From Lepidodermella squamata (taxonomy: Eukaryota > Animalia > Gastrotricha): a DNA stretch of 64,000 nt. Positions 23,070-36,089 of the stretch are shown in pieces (the stretch's first letter is position 1; the number at the start of each line of letters is the position of its first letter). Made by a program: the position numbers and the translations under genes. The notes beneath the pieces were generated by a model that saw only the letters and a program-made list of their open reading frames with translations, had not been told where the DNA came from and did no database searches. The stretch covers positions 5,022,001-5,086,000 of the forward strand of contig JBLDXI010000042.1 in assembly GCA_047495785.1 (NCBI GenBank). The letters run 5' to 3'.

Positions 23070-25174
23070 ATGGAACTGAGAAATGTGAGTGAAACCAATA
23101 TAGTAATTCCTATACCCCCTCAAAATGACTCAGAGTCAGACAAGCTTACTATCTCAAGTTGTCTTATTCGTTTCATCGAAAATAAGGGAATTACAGTAAG
23201 AATAGCGGCTCTGTGCCTATACGGAGCTTATTTCTTATACGCTATTGCTCGGTGTGTTGACTGCCCTCGACTAACAAGCGACTATTGGACGTTGGTCGGT
23301 GTAACTGCGCTCGGTTTGGGAATCGCGTTGAGTGAAACTATTGGCCGTTTCACGGGACGTTATTACGGGGATCAAATAGCTAGTTTAAAGAATTCATTTC
23401 TCTCCTTGCGGCAGAAAATTCTCGAATGCAAATTTTCCTCACCTCTGATTATTTGGATTGGGATTCCTGCGTTATGCATTTTATATGTCTCAATCGATGC
23501 TTTGATTGTTCGAGGAGATTGGTACTCCATGGTTTCTCTTGCTGGAGTCTGTTTCATCCTCGGAATATGCTACTTGCTCTCGCAACATAGGTCCTCTGTG
23601 AAAGCTAGGCCGACGATTGCAGGATTCGGGCTTCAATTTGTATTCGCAATTTTTGTACTCCGAGTGCCGATGGGTGAAGTTTTCTTCTCATGGCTTGGTG
23701 ACCAAGTGGTAAAATTCTTGAGAAACGGCCACGTCGGTGCCAAATTCGTCTGGCTGAATGCATTTACAAGCGGAGATTTTGCTTTTATGGTTCTGCCAGT
23801 GATACCATTCTTCGGAGCGGTCACTTCAGTTCTTTACTACTTGGGATGGATACAGAATGTGATAAAGATCCTAGCATCTTTGATGGAGAAGCTTACAGGA
23901 ACTACGGCGGGTGAAAGTACAACTTGCAGCGCAAATGTTTTTTTAGGAATGGTAACTTAGTTGGTGCAGTTACCTTCAATGCTTCATCTTTTAATTTCAG
24001 ACTGAAGCTCCGCTACTAATAAAACCATTTCTCCGACATATGACAAAATCTGAGTTGCACGCTGTAATGACAGGAGGGTTCGCGACCATTGCTGGGTCTT
24101 CAATGTAAGGCTTTTTATCTCTTCCCACTGCAACTCATTCTCCCCTTTTCAGAGGAGCCTTCATTGCCTTGGGGGTCGAGTCTAAACATCTCCTTGCTGC
24201 TAGCCTGATGGCAGCCCCAGGAGCACTTGCTCTATCCAAATTATCCTATCCCGAAACTGAGAAGACCAAACTTAGGGCTAAGGATGTGGAGAGTTTCCGA
24301 CGTACCCGTAGCAACAGTTTGAGTGAGGATGCGAAGCCAGGAAACATCTTGGAAGCAGCCTGTGAAGGGGCTTATAATGCCATGCCTATGGTTGGTGGTA
24401 TCATCGCAAATCTCATCGCAATAAATGCTATCCTTTCCTTCATCAATAACTTTATAAGTTGGCTTGGCGAACGAGTTGGTCTTGAACCGCCATTCATAGA
24501 CGAACCTTTCACTCTAGAATTCATTGCTTCCTACGTCTTCTGGCCTGTCGCGCTTTTACTAGGGGTTCCTTTGAATGACTGCAGACAAGTCGCCAAGTTA
24601 CTTGGCATCAAAATGTTTACGAACGAATTCGTTGCCTACATTAAAATGAGTGAAATGATGACGGCGAGGAGACAATATGAAAGCTACTACTGCAAATACG
24701 TTTTTCACAATTCGATACCTTCAGGCTTTGACTATAATAGCAATGTGACTCAGGTTGATTATGAAAGCACTTATGTTCTGTATGACGAATTCGGAAATTT
24801 TACGAATCGCCTGGCGCCCATTTTGCTCCATAATGGATCCTACTTGTTACCGGCTGTCAACGCAACTCTAATTCCTTTCATATCTGTGAGTTTACTTCAA
24901 GAGAAGTCCATCTGGTGATTCACTCAATTTTCAGAAAAGAGCCGAATCTTTAACTACTTATGCACTGTGTGGCTTTGCAAATCTGGCCTCCATTGGGATT
25001 CAAGTTGGAACAATTGCTCAAATGGTCCCATCGAAGAAGCAGGATGTTGCTAGCTTCGCTCTCAGAGCGATGTTAACCGCAACTGGGGTCAATTTTCTCA
25101 ACGCGGCAATAGCGGGGATGCTATTGAGCTACAGCGATCTGAGTTGGGAAGAAGCTTGCTCAAACAATCCTTGA
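23070..25174 (+). CDS. Concentrative nucleoside transporter (SLC28/CNT), full length, four exons
   Basis: [69 protein letters not shown]. Confidence 0.92.
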
Positions 25175-25289
25175 ATCTTCATTCATCCAATTTTAGCATG
25201 ATATAAACGTTAAATAAAACAAATTTCATGGTCCGATGCTTTTCTAGCTCCGACTACACATACACTAGCGATGCTTTTCAGTATTAGCG

Positions 25290-27653
25290 ATGAGTTTTGC
25301 GGGGAAAAACAAGCGAAGTGAGCCAGTACAATGTATCACTGTTCTCCATAATCCTGATGAATTTGGAGCCGAAAAAGGTGGAGTCAACTTTTCTAGGGCA
25401 GGCCGACTAATTTCGGCAGAGTATATTCCATTGTCGAAAGTGACGATTCTCTATGTGTTGTACCTGGCCTACGTCATATACAGTCTGCAGCATGAAAATA
25501 GCAGCGGAGACTACGAGAGAAACACGCTGATAGGATTGATGTGGTTTTTCACCCTCCTCTACCTGGTAAACTTATCTCTAAGTGGTTCTTCACCCGTCGC
25601 TAGAAAGTTCTTTCACCCAATCTGGAAACTTGTTGGAAATCGTCTCTACGAAAAAGTTAGATTGGCCAAAACCTCGATACGCCTTTCAGCATTATGGCCG
25701 ATCCTAACGAAACATCATACTTTGCTAGGCTTTTCGATCATGGCGGCTGTCTATCTCTTTTATTCAATACTGGATGCAGTTCTAGCGCGTAATGAACCGT
25801 TTTGCCTGGTACCACTCGCAGCAATTACTTTGATTATTGCAACTTGCTTCTTCACATCGGATGCTCGAAACAGAATCAACATTCGCTGCGTAACAATCGG
25901 AATCCTGCTTCAGTTCATTTTCGCAATAGTGGTCATTCGATGGCCAGTTGGACAAGCTGTTACGCAGTATTTGGGCGATCAAGTCGCAATTTTCATGGGT
26001 TATGCCCGGGCTGGAACAGCTTTTGTATGGCCAACTGCTGGTCTGAAAAATCGAGATGTCGTCTTCGCAGTTTTACCTGTTCTCCCGTTTTTCGCAGCAT
26101 TTGTATCGATGTTATACTATTTGGGGTGGATACAAAGTTTTATTCGAGTTTTAGCGGGTTTTATTGAGTTCCTGCTAGGAACGACGGCTGGAGAAAGTAC
26201 GTCATGCTGCGCGAATATCTTCCTAGGAATGACGGAGGCTCCTATGTTGATTCGACCCTTCCTATCGAAATTGACTAGATCTGAGCTTCATGCGGTTATG
26301 ACGGGAGGTTTTGGCACTATTGCTGGGTCCTTGATGGGAATTTTTATTGGATACGGAGTTGAGCCTCGTCATTTACTTGCTGCAAGTGTCATGTCAGCTC
26401 CTGCATCTTTGGCTCTAAGCAAGTTGGGTAAGCTTTGTAGATCTATTGGGATGTATCTCGGTAAGCTTTCGATCATTCAGTTTGTCCCGAAGTGGATGAA
26501 ACTTGCACAAGAGCTCAAGATATCGAGAAATTAACTGCTGCAAATGGCAAAGATGCAGATGGGAAACACAGAACCATTATTGAAGCTGCAGTTGAGGTAA
26601 AACTACTTCTGTTCGTCCTTCTCCTAGCTCTTTTCCGCTTGAAAAATGTCTGTGAAAATTTCTCACAGCTACAAAATTATCAAAATTTGACGACCTCAAG
26701 CCATTTTTGCATACTAAACCCTGCTATAGGGAGCATCTTCAGCTGTCCCTGTGGTCGCTAGTGTTATCGCAAATGTGATCGCTATCATTTCAATGCTGAA
26801 TCTCATCAACAGCCTTTTGTCCTGGTTTGGAAATCGAGCAGGTCTATCGCCTCCTGATGTCTTAGATGAGCCACTAAGCCTTGAGGTATCACTACAAAAC
26901 TAGGATGACCTCAGCATTGACGTTTTACCTTTTACATCAGGTGATGGCTTCGTACGTATTCTGGCCAATCGCTTTTGTCATCGGAGTTCCAGCGGCAGAG
27001 TGCAAAATTGTCGCTCGCCTCCTCGGCATTAAGATTTTCATCAACGAATTCGTGGCCTACAACAAGATGGGTGGCATGATTGAAGCCCGGCGTGCTTATG
27101 AGAGCTATTACTGTAATTTCATCTTCAACAACAAGACAACATCATTAGCTGGCCTCGAGCCAAGATTAATGTCACGAGACGTCTACTTTTTACCAGGACT
27201 TAACACGACACTCTCATGGCCTGTAATAAGCGTGAGCTAGTTTCATCTCGATTTTTCTCCTTATTTTTCGCCTGATCCCTGTTTAGCACCGAGCCGAGGC
27301 CGTAGCAACCTATGCGTTATGCGGTTCGGCTAACTTCGCCAGTACAGGTTGACATCTACGTCATTTTTACATCTGACATCACGTCATTTTTCCATACAAA
27401 CAGGCATACAAATTGGCAGCATAGGCTCCATGGCGCCGTCAACAAAACACGTATTAGCCGAGCTGGGATTACGCGCTATGCTAACAGGCACTGCGGTTAA
27501 TCTTATAAACGCCGCTACTGCCGGTGCGTTCAAAAACAAAACCTGTGGTTTTTTATGCATAATTGCATTACGTATACTTCCATAGGGTTGTTATTGAACT
27601 ACAACGAGCCTACGTGGCCAGTTATCTGCAACGGTGGCCTGCTATCGTTATAA
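25290..27653 (+). CDS. Concentrative nucleoside transporter (SLC28/CNT), full length, multi-exon
   Basis: LQFIFAIVVIRW, NIFLGMTEAP, VMTGGFGTIAGS, INEFVAY, YALCGSAN; short GT-AG introns. Confidence 0.92.
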
Positions 27654-28368
27654 GATGGCTCCTACATGCCTTTAATTGAGTCGAGCGCATGCTAACGTGT
27701 TGATGACGAGTAAAGTAATAACTCCGGCAACTTTAATGGTGTTTAGTACACATAATAAATGTCGTAAATTGTGGTGGGATTGTTGATAAGCTACTCCATC
27801 AAATCAGAGTAAGTACATTGGTAGCGGGCATTTAGCAAAATTCGTCCTAAATCTGAATATGACCTGGAACCCAGACAAAAGTTGTTCGAACCTTCTAAGT
27901 CATAAATTTTGGATAAATTCAGTTTGAGATCTGAGCACTCGCTACAATATAGTAAAATTTAAAGCAAAATCGACATCAATTTTTATTTGTTCCGCCCAAA
28001 ACGCGTTCATGTAGTATGTCTGTAACATAGTGATGTAAAAACAAGCGCAGGACACAAAACAGCAGTTTGGCAGTTAAATGATTCGTTCAAACAGTGACAG
28101 AGGAGAACATTTAGCAACTAACAATCTATTAGTTTGATATTGCTGCAAGTGCCTTTCGATAAGGTAAATTTTCGATGTAATAAACGGTTAAGTTACAAAA
28201 CAACAAAACACAGCCGTCCACGCTTTTTCCCCAGCAAAACTATATTTGATTATTGTTTGCGCAGCGCGACGGTTATAAATTATATAGTTATAACAAGCTC
28301 TATCAGCGAATGCCGATGTCAAGGGCGTAAAATGAGGAATAGCATCGCTAGCGTTAAGAAATTTGTCA

Positions 28369-30822
28369 TTAGTCTCTTTGGGCCTCCTTAATGCCATCCT
28401 TAGCCCGTTCGATGATGTTGCGCTTGCGGGCCTTGGCGGCTTCCTCATCGGCCTTCTTGCGGCTCTCCTCCTCATCCTGACCCTCAGCGTAGGTCGGGAC
28501 GAAGAATTCAGTGTCATCGAACAGCTTGGTCTTGTCAGGCTGGTCCCAGAACTTCTGAGTGATGAAAACACCGGTGATGGTGCCGCCGACGAGGGCGATG
28601 CCCAGGGTGACCAAGATACCGCCGATCTGGATACCGGCCTGGTGCTTGAAGGTGTAGTCGTGACCAGGTTCAACCCCAATGTCCTCGAGCTTGATCTCCT
28701 GAAGAACTCCAGGATTGTAGTGGTAATCCATGATGGTTCCATTGGACGGGGCCATGTGCGGGAAGACCGAGTACAGGCGTTTGTAAGAGCCATAACGCTC
28801 GACAGATCCAGAGCCGGCAACAATGGCTGAGACAATAGCCGAGTAAACTCCAGGCATACCGTGAAGGTTGCTAAAAAGATAAATAATTTTAGCTCGTCTC
28901 AAGACCTGATTGAGTAACTTACTTCACACCACAAGTATCGGTGAAACGATTCTTGGTGAGCCAAGGCTATTAAGGAATTAGGTCAGTAACGATTTCGGCG
29001 ATTCTATCAATGAAATGCTAACCGTAAGGTACTTGAAGCCAACAACGGAGAAAGCTCCGGCAACGCCTCCGATGAGGAGAGCTCCGAATGGGTGGACAAC
29101 CATGCAGGCCGAGGATCCAATGGCAACTCCACCAGCCAGGGTAGAGTTCTGAAGATGGGTGGTATCAAAGCGTCCCTTGTGGTCAAGAACCGCAGAAACA
29201 GCGTAGGCTGTGATGCAGGAAGAAACGATCGACAGGAAAGTGTTGACTACGGCACGATGACGCTCGATTCCAGTAGCTCCACCACCGTTGAAAGATGGCC
29301 AGTACATCCAGAGGAAGATGGTACCTTAATCAGACCAGAATTGAGTTGAACAGGGGATTCAGAGTTGGGTGGTTAAGGAAGCGGTTAGTTGGTTAGGCGG
29401 GATTACTTACCGAACATGGAGAAAAGTTCTGAGAGGTACGACTCGTACGTGTTCGAGCTAGCCTTTGCGGACTGGACAGACTTCGATGTAAGCACGCGAG
29501 CACAAGCTAGGCCGAAATAGGCGCCAAACGCGTGCACAGTCATAGAATCGCCGGAGTCGATTGTCTATTTTAATCAGGGGAACATTTTTTAGTCCATAGT
29601 CCTCAACAACGTAACCACTCGGTCTCGGCGCACACTCGCGCGCAGGGTGACACTAAAATCGCTTCTACTGTCATCTCGAGCCATCGACCCCGGCATTAAC
29701 AACAAATTATGACTGTGTACGCATTTTACGCCGCTCGCAAAGCTACCGCGGATCGAAGGCTGTCCGAGAGACACGCAAGGCCTGTTTTACCCCTCATAAC
29801 ATCTTCAAGCTAAGGTTAGAGCGCGGGACTTTACTACTGGCAGCCTTCATTACCGATCATGGTGAAAATCTCGGCCGAGTAAGAAGAGCCAAGCGCCTGA
29901 GACTTCTTCTTGGCCTCATCGAACGATTTGGTAGTGAGCGCGCGAGAGGCGCCGAGTCCGAAGAAAGCGCCAAATGCGTAGACCGTCATCGATCTTCCAG
30001 TGTCAATGGTCTTAACATTGCTTAGTTCTCAACTTCTATTCTCAGAATAGGATCAACAAATCAACTTACGCCCAAGTAATCGATGATGATCAAATCGTTG
30101 ACCATGAGAAGCACGACCTCAGGGACAGCCATAAGGATGAGCTGGAGAGGGCTGGCAAGACCGAGAACGGCGCCCATGGAGATCAGAATACCGGCGGTGC
30201 AGAACAGGGCATTCAAGCAGACTTCAATGTTGATCTGGATGCAACGGCCGTAAAGATTCGGCAAAATTGCGCCGCAGGTATCTTCATGATGTTCACCGTC
30301 AGCTCCATGGTTCACAGCGATTTGGAGGAGGAAGCCTTGCATAAGGATAGCCCATTCAATGACGAAAGCGCTGAGAAGGAAGTTGACGCAGACATCGAAA
30401 AGCTGAATCAAAATTCCTTTTAAATCATGATACGGATTGAGCAAGTAGAACTCACAGCATATCGGCAGAGGAAAGTCATAAGGAAGCCGAAGCCGATGAA
30501 GATCATGACGTTAACGTCCTGGAACATCGGATAGAAGACGTCGATGTTGTTGAAGTGGGTCTCCAACAGCTCCTCGCGCCTTGCCTCGTCACTGGTCGGG
30601 TCTGTTTCATTGTTAAACTCCTGGATGAGCTGTTTCGGCTCATACCGAACAAAAACTCCGAAGAGGATGATAACTAATCAATTCCCAATTTCAGACATTC
30701 CGAATAATCAAAAAACTAGGCAACTTACAGGTGAAATGAAGGAGAAGTAGGACGATGGTAAATTCGAAGCGCCGGCGGATGGGATGCGCATCTTTCGCCT
30801 CGACTTTCTGTTCATCGGCCAT
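28369..30822 (-). CDS. Rh-family ammonium transporter (SLC42/RhAG-RhCG-like) with a tandemly duplicated, mutually exclusive exon (29854-30010 or 29411-29564)
   Basis: [71 protein letters not shown]. Confidence 0.93.
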
Positions 30823-32327
30823 TTCTTAAAGTGGTCTCTTTAAAAAATGATCCTATACAACCAAAAGGTGGGGAAGTTAGCAGTTGTTGACCAGAACTAA
30901 GGAAGATTTTTTCACCCCAGAGCTTTATTAATAATTTATGCGTTTTATAATAAAGAAGAAACATGCGGTTGACACATGGCGCGTGCACGTTTCTTAATGG
31001 CTTCGACCGATGCGGGTGCACGCGGGTGAAGATTTTGCTAGAATGCAGCTGATGAGCAAGCAGTAGCCGCGGCCACTCCGGCATATGCGTTTAATAAGCG
31101 GTATAATCGCCACCGCGTGGTGTGTTTACGTGAGAGAGCCGCAACGGCAGCATGTCACCGAAGCGGCACCTCGGCTCCTCAATTAAATAGCTGTAAATAC
31201 ACGCGTTTTTTTTCAACCCCCAACCGCACTTGCTAGGTTCAGATCTGAGTTAGAGCTAGTTAGTCGAGTTATTCAGGCGCCATAAAAGCAACGGCGCCGC
31301 TGCTGGTGTGGTGTGGTGGGGTGAGATGCTTGCTAACGTTGTCATCTACTACACTGGTCAAGGCTCCGAACATGCTGGAATAAATAACGAGAAAGCAATC
31401 GTCTTAGGCGCCGCTTTTGCACCTGTTGCCCGTCACGGCCACGGTGAACCTGTACGTATGAATGATCACTATGAGTGATTGCAACTTCACTACTGCTGCT
31501 ATGTTGGAAAGCTAATAATAATATGACATCGTGCATTCGATATCGATTAAATATTTCGACTTTGACTATTCTTAAATCGCCAATGTCAACTGAATTCCTA
31601 ATCAAATGCCAGTACTATCAAACTTCTATTCAATACCAGTTTCTACAGTTGTTGAAGGTTTTCGATTACTTTGTAGATTCAAACTGTGTAACCAGAACCT
31701 ATGTCTTCTTTCCAAAAGCGTTGCGTAACCAGCTCTAAAACCTGGTCAAAATAATTCTCGAAGCTTGCTCTCAAAACCAACTTTTTTAAATGCAGCTCTT
31801 TCTTTTGGCTATGATTCTGCATGAAGATGAATTATTCTAGCCGTTCTGGACAAAAACTGTACGCTTAATTTAATCAGTCAATAACGAAAAACTTGATTTG
31901 GACACTAACATAATCTGTGGTGTGTTTGATATGAGATGAAATTGAATCGAATCTATGACAACAACTCAACAATAGAGTCATCTTAACGGCGGATGCTTTA
32001 GCCTCGTTTTTGTTTCGTAAATGATGAACGCTCGTAAATGTTCAGCCGATTTTTACCAGTTTCTATTTCTATTTCTATTTTCCTACTATTAAAAAAATAG
32101 CTTTCGACTCGACTTCGGCGTCACATTGATTATTGATTGAAGCTCTGATCCAGGTATTGTGATGAAGATCTCAGATTTCAACCTTCTGATCTGAAGCCCG
32201 AAGAATTTCTGCGAAGTAAGCGAGCTCCTGGCTTGCAGCGCTAATCTTGGGATCAGTTTCTATCCTCATCTAAAAACCTTGTTATCCTCTCAAATTCATG
32301 TCTGTTTTCCAATTTTAGGCCTTTAAA

Positions 32328-34434
32328 ATGACTGGGCAAGAGGTTCACGAACGTCGCGGTCGTCACAAGTCGACGGATGAAGGTCCGAAGCCGTACCAGA
32401 AGTCGCGCCGCATTCAGCTCCCTACAGTTGTCCTGCTGATGCACGCCACCTTCATCATTCTGTTCGGCGTCTTCGTCCGCTACACGCCCCATCAGTCAAT
32501 CGCGCCGTGGAATCCGGCTGAGTTGACCGATGGAACAGCTGCGGAGAAGGAGCAGCTCGATTTTGAAACCACAGCCAAATTCGACGCTGAAAATGGCTTG
32601 ATCAACTTGCAATTCATCGATGTCTACTACCCTAGTAAGTCATTCATAGCTTGCTTCACCAATCGAAACGTTACATTTTTGCGTAGTGTATGAGGATGTT
32701 CAAGTCATGGTTTTTATCGGCTTCGGTTTCCTTATCGCCTTCATGAAGTTTTTCTGCCTCACCGCCGTTTGCATGAATTACTTGCTGGCCTGCCTTTGCG
32801 TTGAATGGGCCATTCTTATGAACGGCTGGTTCACCTGGTCCCGTCGGCCGCGCGAGACCATCGGCGACACATGTGGATGGGGCATGAGCAACAATCACGG
32901 TCATTGCTCCCCACTCGACATCCGAAGGTAATTGAGCCAAAAAACGTGTCTTAAAATCAAGTCGTCTACAATGTTCAAGGGGCGATTTTACAGAATTTCT
33001 TATGAGGTGACCTGGTAAACTAGTTAAAATAGTTACATATTATAGATTCCCCGAATGGAAATCAAGTCGCCTACACATTTTTGCCGGGTTTCTTTAGCTT
33101 TAGCAATCTTTTCAGTATCACTCTTACCGATAATCAAGTCGTCTATAGTTTGATTGTTCTGAATCTTAAGAGATATGAACACTCTCTTTGTTATCCAGCA
33201 TCACAGGTGCCCTCTTTACGAGCTCAACCGTCCTCATTTCGATGGGCGTCCTGCTCGGCAAAATCTCGCCAACCCAGATGGCTATCAACTCTCTGCTGGA
33301 AATCACCCTAGCAGCCGTTAATCGCTGGATCATCGTTGATTTACTTGAAGCCACTGACTCTGGTCACGCCATGACTGTTCACGCCTTCGGCGCTTTCTGG
33401 GGACTTGCCGTTTCAGCAATTGTCTGGCCGAAGAAGAAGAAGCTCGCGGAAGCTCCCGGCGCTAAGGAGGCTTACGCCAACGAGCTTTTCGTCTTCATTG
33501 GAACTCTCTTCCTCTTCGTTTTCTGGCCATCTTGGAACGCGTTCGAAGACACAGGAATTATGCGCCATCGAGCGGTTATTAACACATTCCTCTCCATCAT
33601 TTCATCCTGCATCACCACATACGCTCTCTCAGCGGCTCTGGACAAAAAGGGCCGTTTCACCGTCCAGCACCTTCAAAACGCTACTTTAGCCGGTGGAGTT
33701 GGTATCGGCTCGATTGCTAACGGCGTTGTCCACCCTTTCGGAGCTCTTATCATCGGAATGATGGCTGGAGTTATTTCAGTCGTTGGCTACCAATGGATCA
33801 CCCCTGGTCTCAACAGACTCGGCCTCCACGACTCGGCTGGCATCAACAACCTCCACGGAATCCCCGGCATTTACGCTTCAGTGGTTTCGGCAATTGTAGC
33901 TGGTGCTGTAACAGCCAAGCGAGCTGGTTCCTTGCAAGCGTAAGTTTCACTCAACCGTGACGGGTACTTTGAGTTATTTCTAACCTTCTTAGGGAGTTTG
34001 CCATTTTCCCAGCTATGGCTGACAATGAAACTCGCGCCGATATGACGAACCGCGAGCTTTACGTCGACCCCTTGGCGATGCAGGGAAACTTCCCAGAGTT
34101 CGACCGCAGTCAAACTCGCCAGGGCGGCATGCAGTTCGTCGGTATTTTGATCACGATTGCTATTTCAGTCGCTGGCGGCTTGCTGACGGGTGTCATCCTG
34201 CGTTTCATCCCTGGCCTCGACCAGCCAGATGATGAAAACCTTGGCAAGGACAGCGAGTTCTTCTACCCGCATTGGGAGCAGTTGACCGGGTCTGAGGACG
34301 CGCCCCTCCACTCGAAATCCAGCATGACCAACATGCGTGCGGCGACGCTGGATGACGACATCGTCGATGAAGGAGAAAAGGCCGCCCCGTCGCAGCAGCA
34401 GCACGGCGACGAGTTGGAGATGAAGAAAATGTAA
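32328..34434 (+). CDS. Rh-family ammonium transporter, second paralogue, divergently transcribed from the first
   Basis: [56 protein letters not shown]. Both pore histidines are present. Confidence 0.93.
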
Positions 34435-34655
34435 CTCATTAGATGGTAGATCGAACTGATTTTTACCCACTCAAACTCATCGTCGGACATTTTCTAGAAA
34501 GCTTCTGTTTTTATGCTTTGAAAATCAACAAACCAATATTTTGAGCCTTGACTATACGCAATTCAACTTTGCTTGAAATATGCTATTGAAAGAAAAGCGA
34601 CTGCCAATATCTCTATGAATAAAGAACAAATCGATCTAAAATGGAGGCATTTTAT

Positions 34656-35907
34656 TCACGACAACATTGAATCTCGGATTCGTTTCCTCGCCTTGATAAT
34701 CGCTTCTTCAACTTCGATTTTCAGATCTAGCGCTATATCAGATCTTGCACTGAGCAAAAGGTCATTCAGGGACAAACAAACTGGGTCAAAGTTCGAATTC
34801 GAATTACTCGCATAAGACATAGATTGAGGCTGTTGTTTCAACGCCATAAGTAGAGATTGAGTTAAAATCGCATTATTATCAAGCACATTCGAAGATGGTT
34901 CAACGTGATCTTTCTCCTCCTTATTGTTTCTGAGACCTTGGCCATTCACTCGCCTTTGACTCGGAAAATATGACGTAGAAGGCAGTTCTTCACTGCTTTG
35001 AGCTCGCATTGACGATGAAGTAGGGTCATTGTTAGTTCGATAATCTTCAGCTTGACCGGTGTTATTCGCGCTGGAAATTTGAGAACTGTCGAATTCGTTT
35101 TCGGACAAATCAGCCCAGGATTGTTCGGAATCTTCATCCTCCATAGCTCCAGCGGCGTTGCCCATCTCAATGTACCTATATATGCAACAGCAAAAAAATT
35201 ATGTTTGAAATAACCAACTCGATTTTTGATTAGGAAAATCGAAAATCGATTTGCCATTGCGATGAAATAAAGAGCATAAAAAAAATTCGAATAATGCATT
35301 TTTTTCACGGAGAATTTTCGGTCAGTTTTCGGATGTTAAAAACTAGATCGTTCACAGATATTTTCGAATTTGATTATTTGAATTTTAAAATAAGAAATTA
35401 TTTTCAAGAAAGAGTGAATTTAAAATTGAAGGTTCAATTGCCAAAATTTACTTGATTCTATAAAGTGTTTGAAAAATTAAAAAATTAATTACAAATGCAG
35501 TTTTATTAAAAAAAAACTTAAGAATTTTTAATTTTCTAATTTTTATATTGGACTTACTGCTCAGGTGTAATGACATCGTCCAAGAAAGCCATAGTATCCT
35601 GATGCTTCCACACCTTCCGCCGTTTATGCATTTTGTAAACAGCACCTGCATCTCCTCCACCGTTATGGCGCCGTTTTCTGTTGTACGAGCCCGTGCGCAG
35701 TTGGCCGTAGTAGTTGCGCAGGCCCAGCCACTTTTTTCGAGCCTCATCGCCGTCCTTCAAATTCAACCGCTGGGCTATTTCGTTCCAAGCTGTGTCGACG
35801 CCGTCGATTCGATTGTGACCCGGGTCTTTCGGGTCCCATAGACACGTTCGCTCTTTGACGAGCAAAATTAGCCTATGCTGATTCTCAACCGAAAGCCTTT
35901 CTTTCAT
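34656..35907 (-). CDS. MADF (Myb/SANT-like) DNA-binding protein with a possible BESS-like C-terminus; exons ~35558-35907 and 34656-35175
   Basis: LILLVKERTCLWD...TAWNEIA...KKWLGLRNYY...WKHQDTMAFLD is a typical MADF pattern. An in-frame GT-AG intron leads to an acidic/Ser-rich linker and LDLKIEVEEAI. Confidence 0.8.
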
Positions 35908-36089
35908 TTCGAAAAGCAAAATATGAAAAATGCCTGGGAAAAATCGGGAATAAAAAATTAGAGAAAATAATCATTAAAAATTGAAAGCTTGGCCTCAAGA
36001 AAGTTGAAATTGTTAGTCTCCAAATTATTATTGAAAATATAATAGTGTTAAATTGTGAGAATGAATAAAATTATTAGAATATTGCAAAA

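Noticed and set aside
28188-28835. 215-aa minus-strand and 155-aa plus-strand ORFs
   Set aside because: They are alternative-frame and antisense shadows of the GC3-rich last Rh exon.
32950-33150. Three copies of AATCAAGTCG(T/C)CTA in an Rh intron
   Set aside because: Probably a decayed repeat; no boundaries or function can be supported.
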